Assembly: GCA_951406725.2 (NCBI GenBank)
Contig: OX597817.1
Location: forward strand, 64,108,001 to 64,172,000
Source of the DNA: Octopus vulgaris
Lineage: Eukaryota
DNA length: 64,000 nucleotides
Direction: 5' to 3'
The position numbers were made by a program, and so were the translations under genes. The notes under the pieces were generated by a model. The model was not told the DNA's origin. It was given only the letters and a program-made list of their open reading frames with translations, and made no database searches. Positions 54,201 through 64,000 of the stretch are shown here, piece by piece; the stretch's first letter is position 1; the number at the start of each line of letters is the position of its first letter.

Positions 54201-55319
54201 CTGTAATACAACACTATATGTTAAAAGTTAATATGTCAAAAGACAAAAACAAATGCAACATAAATTATTACGTTATTACTATTAATTTATCTAGCAACCA
54301 ATTCAGTGATCAAAGGTATTCATCAAACGGGGATGAGTTTCATTGATGTTTGGGAGGGAAAGCTGGAGATTAAATCTACACTAGTATTCAACTCAGGAAG
54401 CAGACGACCGTAACTAAATGCTGTAAGGCTTTTTATAACCCGATCTACGATTTTTGCTAATTCATCGTTCTGTCACACGCCTACATGGAAACCTCTACAT
54501 GGTCGTTTAGTCGGATCTAGTCTTTTTCATTCGCAAAATGAACCCCCTTTTATTTTGTTCAGATTGCTTTCAATTTTGGTGTATCGATGCAACTCTCAAT
54601 TTTGATTACGACCAACCAATTACGTTATCTCGTAAATTAAAGAATCTGATGTTATTTGGAAGTAAAGTTCGGAAATTTGGACAATTTTAGCCAATCAACA
54701 GACAGCGAGGCATTACCACAACAACTGCACGTTGTGTTGTGTTTCATCCACATGTTGTGTTGATTCTTCGCACCTCAAGATTTACTTCTCCCTCGTGTTT
54801 TGTTTTATTTATCAATTAGAATTTTATTATAGATATTTTTCGTCAACCGTCTTAATATTTTACATATTTTTCATATATAACAAAAGTTGTTTGCGATATT
54901 TATACAGTTTCTTGGCATTATGAAGGTGAATATAAGATACAGGTATAATTTCACAGGGTACAACCTTAAAGTTGACACTACTCCGCTAAACGCAGAGACT
55001 TTCTCTCTCGCTATTGGCTGAAAATACAGTTTTTTCGATTTACAAAAAACTGTAACCTTTTCCTCCAATTTTTTTCTCCACAACATCATACCTTCGTAGC
55101 AGTTAGACAAAAAAAAAACTATATTATTATAGCAAATTTTCAGATTTTTACTGCATATTTTGCGAATGAAAAAACTAAATCCGTTTACGAGATAACGTAA
55201 ACAAACAGCAACCAAATCTCCCTAAAATCATATTTTACCACCTTGGAAAAGAACAGGATATGTCAGATTTAAGAATATTCACAGGTGATTGTCGCCAGAT
55301 GATCCTTACTTATTAGAAA

Positions 55320-55704
55320 CTAGCAGTATCGCCCGGCGTTGCTCAGGTTTGTAAGGGAAATAACTATAAAGCATTTTTAGAGAGTTATAGCCAAAAAAAT
55401 AGCAAAAAAATGGGAAAAAAATGATGGTAAATTTTTTTGAGAGTTAAAAAAGGTCGAGTTGCGTCCCCTAGACGGTCTGTGGTTTGGGTTTCTGATTCTC
55501 GACCCCATGTCGAATTTATCGATTTTTTTCAGAACTGGGGGAACTTTTCAAAATTTTCGCTGCGTTAGTTTTGAATTATGACATTGGGCTATGTGTGTGT
55601 CAAGTTTCATCAGAATCGGTTGAAAGCCGTGGTCAGAGTGAGGGTACGAGAAAACAGACACACAGAAACACACACAGACAAACTGCCGTTTATATAGAGA
55701 GAGA
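55320..55704 (-). mobile_element. Non-autonomous Helitron
   Basis: Minus strand begins a|TCTCTCTCTATATAAACGG and ends with GC-rich hairpin CCTGAGCAACGCCGGG then CTAG|t; A/T insertion site, no TSD. Confidence 0.78.
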
Positions 55705-55905
55705 TAATCAAATCTTCATGCTACAGAGTGTGTAATTAAAAAAGGAATGGGAATATATTGGATAATGTTCTTGATATGCATTATCAAAAAATAAAGAAAA
55801 GGTGAAATTGCTTTAGGTGGAGCATCTTTGATCATCGGTCTACTTCATCAGTGCTAACTATATTAGTGCTAACTAAAGAGCAGTAAAAAATAGAAGGAAA
55901 TGTAT

Positions 55906-57119
55906 TGTTACGAGGGGACCTCTGTCGAACGAACGCTGTTACGGAATCCCTCACACAGGCCCGTTCGATCAGCGAATAAGTTCGCCACGGAAACTCGGAG
56001 AGGAGAGAGACAGAGAACAACAACAACAGCAGCCGCAGCAAGAAGACACAGAGGCAACTGAGAGAGACACAAAGAAGGCAAGGCAATTGGCTACGTTAAC
56101 AACTAGTTTATATGACTATTACAATTGTTACAACATCAATTACATTTAAAGATACATCAGGTAAATACAAGCAAGTAACAGAATCAACACATCAACTCAA
56201 TACATCATACAGGTATACCACAGATCAAAGCATTTAAACTGTCCGGTAACAACACATCAAATTCAATAACAACAGCATTTCAAGAGTACACGTCCGGAGA
56301 CAACAGTTCTGTTTCAAATCACATTAAAGTTACAGTTCAAAGGACATTAAAGGCCTAACAGTTCAATGTTCATTACACAGTTCTCTTTTGCCTTAACACA
56401 ACTCTGTACACAATGTCTTTACACAGTTCACATTGTTCTTTTCACTGTCTCATTTCTTTAGCACTGTTCTTTTTAGCCTTTTTTTATATAACCATCAACA
56501 ACATAAACAATGTTCTCTTTTACATAAATACCACAACTCTTTCCTTCTTTTTCTTCACATATCAATACACAATTCACATACCTTAGTTCCTACTATAACA
56601 GCCAGTGTCTCACATTGTAGTTCCTCTCTATCAGCCGCCTATTCCCCTGTATATATATCTCTCTCTGTCACAGCAAAACTCCAAACCGCCGACTGCTTGC
56701 CCTGAATTCCAAATACTGGCCGCTAAATCCAACTTGCCAACCGCTTGCCCTGAATTCCAAAAACCGACTGCCCAAAACCTCTTGCTCTGTCACTACCCTC
56801 AATCTCTCTCTTAGCTCTAATATTCTCTCTATCGCCGCTCAGATTCCTTAATCTGTCTTCCTCACTACTTTCTTCTTCCTCTTCTTCACTGTCTCTCACA
56901 CACTGAACTGCTTACTTAAGGGGGCAGCCCTCCAAATGAACCCTAATTCACCCGAAGGGGTCGGGGAGTCTCCCCAGAGCTAATTAATCAACCCGCAACT
57001 GGCAGAACAATGGATTCATTGCCAAATGTAGGTCGCCGTCAACTGTCCTCAAATTGAACCCACAACAGTATACTTATATATCCAACAGCGAAAAGCCATG
57101 TTCAAGTTCGAGTGTGACG
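55906..57119. mobile_element. Probable solo LTR (~1.2 kb) in LRRC42-like intron 1
   Basis: Starts TGTTACG, ends GTGTGACG (near TGT...ACA); flanked on both sides by (A)ATGTAT; internal repeat GCTTGCCCTGAATTCCAAA x2. Confidence 0.6.
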
Positions 57120-57269
57120 AATGTATTAAGAATGGTAGTGCACATCGCTGTTTCATTTCAGTTTGGTAAGTCTTTGCCCGCACCAACAAATGTTTTGCTT
57201 ACTGATTTCCGTTGATAGAAACACGTGTTTCGCCTGGCTCCAAATGACCGGGTAACATTCAAAACAAAG

Positions 57270-57505
57270 TTCAGTATCCTTCTCGAGTCATACCGACTCA
57301 TAAGGGCCGGTTTCCATGGCGTATAAATTCCTCACCTGGATAGGACACCAGCTCGTCACAGGATTACTCATTTTTGCCAGCTGGAGTAACGTGAAATGAA
57401 GTGCTTTGCTCAAGAACACAACGCCTCGCCCGGTCCAGGAATCGAAACTACAATATTACGATCATGAGTTCAACATCCTAACCACTAAGCCACGCGTCTC
57501 CACCG
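57270..57505 (-). mobile_element. tRNA-derived SINE
   Basis: Minus strand GGAGACGCGTGGCTTAGTGGTTAGGATGTTGAACTCATGATCG...GTTTCGATTCCTGGACCGGG (A/B boxes) followed by a SINE body. Confidence 0.7.
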
Positions 57506-58081
57506 GATAATGTTTACCATTGAGGAGGCAAAATCAAATCGAAACTCCAGTGTCTGATAGTCCACTGACATCACTTGTAGTGACTGGTATTTACGTACAT
57601 CGTTCATACGGAGAAGTCGTTTGATTCTCGCTTTTCTTTACATACCCACAAGAATATTTACTTACCGTACTTGATGGTATAGAAGACGGATGTTAATCGC
57701 ATTCCAATTTCAGCGACAAATTTAAAGAAAAGAAGGTTTTGTGCATCAAAGCATGTAATATTTAAAGCAACTTCGCATATAGGATACAGGGTGATTTTTT
57801 TGAGACGCTTTGTGTGTCTTATATGTCATCAATACGATATCTTATATAGGAAAAATGCTAATATTCAACCCTTTTTAAAAAAAAGTTTTTTTAAAAATAA
57901 AACTACTATAATTTTACTTTTTGCACCTTGATAAATCTAGCACTAGGGAAAAAAAAAGACTCTGAGGTGACGCCTCCCCTTGGAATCCGAAGCACGTACT
58001 TTTATTGTTAAATGGTTTAGTTGGACTTGCGCAACAATGATAATAATCGAAGACATATGATGCCCAGAGTAACATACTCAC

Positions 58082-58458
58082 TTAGTAAAATAATTCAACT
58101 GAGACAGGATTGAATGACGATCTCCAAGTTTGCAGTGACTCAAATCGAGTGAACTAACTCCGGAAAATACTGTGAATTCACTGGACAAATAATTAATCAG
58201 ATGACTTGAATGACGCAAGGAAAGGCTTGAGACAAAATACTTGGTGAAAGTCGACGAAAATAATTCCAATCTCTTGAAGACCGTTGTCGAAGGTATCGAA
58301 AATTGGTTATTATGGTCGGCAGCAATAAATATCTCTTGAGCTACTGTCACAGGTAATGTATGTAAAGATTGGTATATGTCCAAGTTTCCCACCAAAAATT
58401 CGATACATATTGTCTGTAGAGGTTTCGGTTCGAAAGTAAAAAATGCTGTATCATCCAT
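58082..58458 (-). CDS. LRRC42: LRRC42-like exon 1 (MDDTAFFTFEPKPLQTICIEFLVGNLD...LDLSHCKLGDRHSILSQL)
   Basis: ORF ends at an AA|GTGAGT donor; LDLSHCKLGDRH matches LRRC42 LDLSCCKLGDEH; colinear with exons 2-4. Confidence 0.85.
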
Positions 58459-58480
58459 GGGACCAGAGAAATAGAAAGTA

Positions 58481-58546
<66 letters not shown>
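58481..58546 (+). repeat. (ATAG)n microsatellite just upstream of the LRRC42-like ATG
   Basis: About 16 perfect units visible. Confidence 0.95.
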
Positions 58547-58547
<1 letters not shown>

Positions 58548-58717
58548 TTTATACAGTAAAATGGATTAGCAATTTAAATGTAGCTCTGGAAAGTCGTAGA
58601 TCATCAGCGAAGAAACGAAACCTTTTCAAGTATAGTCGAAGTCTTGGTTGTCAAATCTGATAAAAAGGAGAAAACTGCGTTAAAAGTAAACAAGCAAACA
58701 AAAACAGTCTGACGTGA

Positions 58718-58750
<33 letters not shown>

Positions 58751-58757
58751 CACACAG

Positions 58758-58794
<37 letters not shown>

Positions 58795-59471
58795 CACACA
58801 CACACACATCTCTCTCTCTCTCCCTCTCTAAGAGGTCTTGGTCTAACAAGTTTTGGGATCTGACGATACGCCATAAACCTAAATCCTTTATGGACGAGAA
58901 ACCTAAGGTAATCCCATAAAACCGTCTTCTCCATTTTTAATATGTACTCCTCTATATCTTAGATTGCGCTTCTTCTTTCGGCTTCATGTTTTTACAGACG
59001 ATATATACACAGACATGCAGGAAGTAAATAGACACCTTTAATTTTCAAAATTTCTAATCTAAGCTTCGAGAAAAGGATATGCTCAGGTAACTCATTTCCT
59101 TTTTATGGGTGGTATAAACATTAATGCAGAAAATGAAAAACAGCTTGAAAGTCTTATACGTACTGTTTGCAGTTTCTCAAATGATGCCGGTATAGAATTT
59201 GAGATCGAAAAGTGCGCTATGTTGAAAATGAGACGAGGAAGATTTGTAGGAAGCTAAGGAATTGAAATGCCAAATGGGCAAATAATGAAAGCGGTTGAGA
59301 AAGGACAATGGTATAAGTATTTGGGAATAATGGAAGCAGATGAAATAAGACATGAAGAAATGAAACAAATTACCAGTAAAGAATATTACAAGGAGAGTGA
59401 GAAAATTATTGCAGCCAAAGCTGAATTCAAAAAATGTTATTGAAGCAATAAATACAAGAGCAGTACCCTTA

Positions 59472-62400
59472 GGGTAGACTGGGGTAACCCCAACCCTTAA
59501 GGAAAATGTCTTATAACCGTCTTGAAACTCGTATCAAACATAACTTTTCATTGGAACGTATGTAGAAAGTCGTGCCTAATTTAAAACAGGTAGTTTTGAT
59601 GGTGGAACTTCTCTGGCGGAACAAAAAATTAAAGAAAAAAAAATCAACGAATGGGCTTCTTACCCCGTTGTCGGGGCAAAAGGTCTATAGGGGTCGTTTT
59701 ACCCCACGAGTCAAAGTTACAGTAAAATTATCCATACAGACATTACGTGGTGTCAAGCTTTTCCTATAGAGTAAGCAGATACAGGAGTAGGAAAGAAATT
59801 TCAGAGAAATCCCATCTGGTCTAAGCCTACGGTCACCATGGAGACTATGGATTAAAATCAAAAGTTGGAGAAATAACTGGAATAGTTCTCTTTCAGTTAA
59901 AAGTCAGGTGTTTCTTTATTTGAAAACATCAATAACTAGTTAAACTAATTAAGCTATCTCTATATAACAAGAAAGCATTGACCAGAATATTAATATAATT
60001 AGCATTAGGCCTATGGTGTTATTACACAGGAAATGAGTGTTTAACACTTTGCACTAAGTTTTGGTACTCAATCTATCACTATTTAAAACAAGGATTTGAT
60101 GTTTGTTAGGCATTTTAATCAGATCTACTAAGTCAGTGGGTGAGATAAAGCTGTTTGATTTCTAAATGTTGTAAGAAAATGCTTTGAAGAACTGAAGAAA
60201 GTATTATTTCCAATGAATCCCTAGCCTTCTTCTTCATCTGAATCACAGTTCTAATACGTATAATTGGGTTCTCCAGGTGTGCATTTCTCGTGGGCCCACA
60301 GTCGCCATGACACACACTGGATTCACATTTCCCTTGGTCTACTGTTACAAAATGGCTCTTCACAAACTAGGCATGACCATTTCTCATCGTTTGAATTTTC
60401 ACCAGCAACATTACTCCAGTTTGAACTTTTTTGTTTCTTTGTTGCTTGTTTAATCCCACTTTTTTTTCTCTTTTTACCTTTCTCCGTGTTCTTTTTGTTC
60501 TTCTTTTCCCCCAAAGCTTTTTCATAAAGCGAAGATGTTAAGACCTCAGCACTTTCTGTTTTATGCCTACGTGTGCGCTTTGTTACAGACTTCACGGGTG
60601 AAGACAGCTCTGACTGCACAATTTTGACAGACACAATGTCTGGTGTTTGTGAGTTTGATCCACCAGCTGACGTTGATGGAGCATTCGTAGGATTTGTTTG
60701 CTGAGTGTCTCCAGTAATGACTTCTTCTGTTTGCCCTAGTCTTTTTCTTACTGGATGACAGATTTTTGTTGTCTCAGTGATAAAGCCCGTTGGGGTTGCT
60801 GCACAGCATCTTCTTGCTGTGGTTCTGACTCATCAATCAGTGTCGCTGCAATGAAATCATAACCGGAGAAGATGCTGTCATTGAATGGTCAAAGCTCACA
60901 AATCCTGAAACCATTCACCGATTTTTTCTCCGTAGTTGTTTTGTTATAAGCAACTGCAAAAATTTCGGCAATGTCATAGAAACTGATCCGTTTACCTTGA
61001 TTGACAATCATCCAAGTGTCTGCTGATGCCTTATATGCACTTTTCAAGGGTTTGAAGAATGCTTTGTGTGACGGTTTATGAATGCAATGAGGTGGCAGAG
61101 TTATGAGTTCAATCCCATTCGAACGAGTATATTCAACAGCTGCAAGGTTTTGTGGCTATGATGACCATCCAGTATTATTATGTGCTGTTCTGCTTGTGAC
61201 GGTTTCGCTATGGCAGTGAAGTGTCTCATCCATTTTAGGAAGCTTTCTTCGTCAGTCCAGCCGCTTTCAGTGCAATGACCAATTGCCCCAGCTAGCGCGT
61301 TATTCATACGCTTCCTAGGAAATATGAACATCGGAGATATGTTAGCTCCAACGGCATTTGTAGTACATATGACAGTTACTGTCTTTCCTTTTTCCCCCAC
61401 TGGTAATTTTACGAACTTCTCGTATCCCTTTGGTGACAATGACATTTGCAGGTTTCTGAACATTGGATACTCCTCTCTCGTCCATGTTCCAGATTTGCGT
61501 AGGACCATAGTGGTTGCTGGTTAGCACGCTCTTGTAGGCATCGAAAAACTTCTCAACTTGAGGTTTGTTAAATCCAACTGGCCTTGAAATGTTCATGGGT
61601 TCTGGCTCACGAATTGCAAGCTCTGGATCGTGTGAGAGGAACCCAACTAAGCCAGTCAGACCCAGCCATTTTACTATCAATATTAAATCGATGTTCTATA
61701 CCTATCTAGTTGGCTAAATCATATGCTGGTCTATGAACGTCTTCAGTTGTTAGCCCAAACAAAGCCTTTTCCATGCACTGAATCTTGGAAACAAGTTCAG
61801 CTTCAAACTCATAATTAATATCAGGCCGGAATCTACCTAGTAGCACAGATCCCGGTTTTGCAACTTTTTCATCCCTATGGCGTCTAAGTGTCCTTGGAGA
61901 AATTCCACCTTCTTTAACTGCTTCAATAGCTCTCTGCAAATCTTCCTCTGTATATGAGGCTCTCAACATTATTCTTTTGTACGTACGTGGCATTTTAGGT
62001 AAAACTCTAAAAGTAAAGAATAAAAACAGTTATAGCCTAACAACAGCCAGTCAAAAATTCCGGGCAAAAGAATTGGAGATGCTTTAGTGGTGGTGGGAGG
62101 GAATCTCGTCACCCCGTGATCCCCTCTTGGGGCGCCCCTGTATTATGTGTATGTGACACATGTTTGTGTGTATGCGATGTGTATTATAGCCCCTGGCTAT
62201 TTTACTTTCATACCCCCTTTTACCCTAATCCTAACGCTAACCCTAATCCTAAAATAGAGCGGGTACAAAAGTACACTGTTAGGATAAAAAGCCTAGTGCG
62301 GGGGTCTTTCTCCCCATCACCACTATAGATGGTGGGCCTCTTACCCCAAATGTAGCTATTTTTCATTAGCTAAGTTCATTAAATGTCCGCGGCAACACAG

Positions 62401-62638
62401 CAGAAATAACATCAAAAATACTCGTCAGTTATAACGATCTTTTCAAGAAATCAAAGAAAAAGTAAAATTTAGCTATAAACTCATTCGAACGAGCTTTGTT
62501 CTCTCCAGAACGCCCGTCGGACATGCGCAGTAGCCATCCAGTCAAATGGTGACAGCATACTGATGATTAGTTTATACATCTCCACGCAAATCAGGGTAGG
62601 CCTTTTACCCCAGGTGGACTCTTTACCCCAGTCTACCC
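59472..62638 (-). mobile_element. pogo-type (Tc1/mariner superfamily) DNA transposon, both ends intact
   Basis: Perfect 16-bp TIR GGGTAGACTGGGGTAA / TTACCCCAGTCTACCC; TA target-site duplication at 59470-59471 and 62639-62640. Confidence 0.93.
60200..61993 (-). pseudogene. Frameshifted pogo-like transposase: psq-type HTH, CENP-B-type HTH, DDE_1 domain and C-terminal PHD finger
   Basis: MPRTYKR..YTEEDLQRAIEAVK; QIWNMDERG; SGWTDEESFLKWMRHF; IIILDGHHSH; WSCLVCEEPF...WIQC...WAHEKC; split over several ORFs. Confidence 0.88.
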
Positions 62639-64000
62639 TAATCAGATATAGAGTTGGAATTGTAAACTGGACTAAAAACGACATACGGAAACTTGAGAGA
62701 AAAACTAGAAAGCTGTTGACAATACATGGTGCTCACCATCCAAAAGCTAATACCAACCGGTTGCACCCGAAGAGAGATCAGAGTGGAAGAGGCTTAATTG
62801 CTGTGGAAGAGTGTGTATAGATGGAAAGAAAAAGCTCACTAGAATATTTACAGAACAGCACATAGAAACTACTAAAGAAGGTGAATGAGGAGCAAGTGAT
62901 GAAGTGTGGAATAGGAGAAAAGGACAAGAATGGAATTCAAAGAGAGAACATTAAACAGATAGAAGAGAAACCTCTGCGTTGTCAATTTTGGAGAGCCACT
63001 GAAGATGTATGTGGAACAAAATCCAGGGCTTGGATAAAAAAAGGGGTAATTAAAAACAGGAAACAGAGAACCTGATTGTAGCAGCCCAGGATCAAACGAT
63101 AAAAACAAACTTGAGGAAAAATTAATATGGGAAGAATGTGTCAGAAAAATGTAGAGTTTGCGGAATTTGAAACGAGGTAGTAGTACACATTGTTGAAGAA
63201 TGTCCCAAGTTGGCACAGGAAGAATATAAGGAATGGAGACATGACCAAGCTGTAAAAAAGTTGTACATTGGAAACTTTGCCAGAAATTGGGATCTGAAGC
63301 GGGAGATACACGGCGTGAACATCGGGGCCGAAAGAGTGCTGGAGTCGGAGAATTGTAAGATTTTGTGGGACTTTCCTATTCAAACGGATAAGAAGCTAGA
63401 AAATAATAGACAAGGAAAAGCGAAGTTGCTTATTAATTGATCCATTATGTCCGTTTGATTCTAGGCTCGTAAAAAGAAAGATGATGAAAAACAATAAAAA
63501 TACAATCCCTTAAAATTTGGAATTGCAAGAATGTGGAATATGAAAACTGTAAAGGTTGTGCCTATGATAATTGGTGCATTGGGAACAGTAAGCAAATATA
63601 TAGACAAATGGTTAAAGGAGATTGGAATAGAATGTCCTGTAGAGCTTCTACAGAAAATTTGCCTCTTAGGGACGGGAAAGATTATCAGGAGGGTCTTAAG
63701 TACTTGAAATACTATTGAAAGCTAGTGGATACTTAAGGTTACAGTAACCCGCTACCCACAAAAATCCTGCCAGGAATAAGAGTGAACCTGAGTCAAATCA
63801 ATAATAATAATAACAAAAATAACAAAACAACAACAATAATAACAATAACAATAATACGTATATTTTACCCCAGTGCCACTTTGATGAGATACACTGCTCT
63901 CTCACTCAATAATAATAAGTTCTTTTAACAAACTTTTTTCTTCTTTTTCTCTTCTCTTTCGCTCTGTTTCTTTTTCTTTTTTCTTTTACGTCTCTTTTTC

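Larger units (their letters stand above)
59120..63855 (+). mobile_element. 5'-truncated, decayed R4/Dong-type non-LTR retrotransposon (RT C-part, zinc knuckle, restriction-like endonuclease), split by a DNA transposon
   Basis: YKYLGIMEA, AINTRAVPL|IRY..GIVNWT...KRDQSGRGL, CRVCG...HIVEECPKLAQEEYKEWRHD, ILWDFPIQTDKKLENN, VPMIIGALG; (TAA/CAA)n tail at ~63800-63855. Confidence 0.85.

Noticed and set aside
57425-57505. tRNA-like sequence
   Set aside because: SINE head continuing into a SINE body; no complete cloverleaf evident

Overview
AT-rich, microsatellite- and transposon-dense eukaryotic DNA. The interspersed repeats resemble those of coleoid cephalopods (Octopus-like; inferred from recalled repeat families). 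Two convergent, spliced genes can be rebuilt from GT-AG boundaries with consistent phases. On + is a ZRANB2 (ZNF265)-family splicing factor (coding exons 16388-37322, about 324 aa) that appears to have only ONE RanBP2-type zinc finger. On - is an LRRC42-like leucine-rich-repeat gene (four exons found, 58458-50922; 3' end unresolved). The rest is mobile DNA: many SINEs, RTE and other LINE fragments, MITEs (long-TIR, hairpin, hAT-like, piggyBac-like), a Helitron, a Helentron-type element, a probable solo LTR, Penelope-like fragments with hammerhead-like cores, and an R4/Dong-type LINE cleanly split by a 3.17-kb pogo-type DNA transposon. No rRNA, tRNA gene or CRISPR array was seen. Most ORFs in the supplied track are spurious. 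I found no clear novel multi-gene system; the best leads concern ZRANB2 architecture and possible autoregulation.
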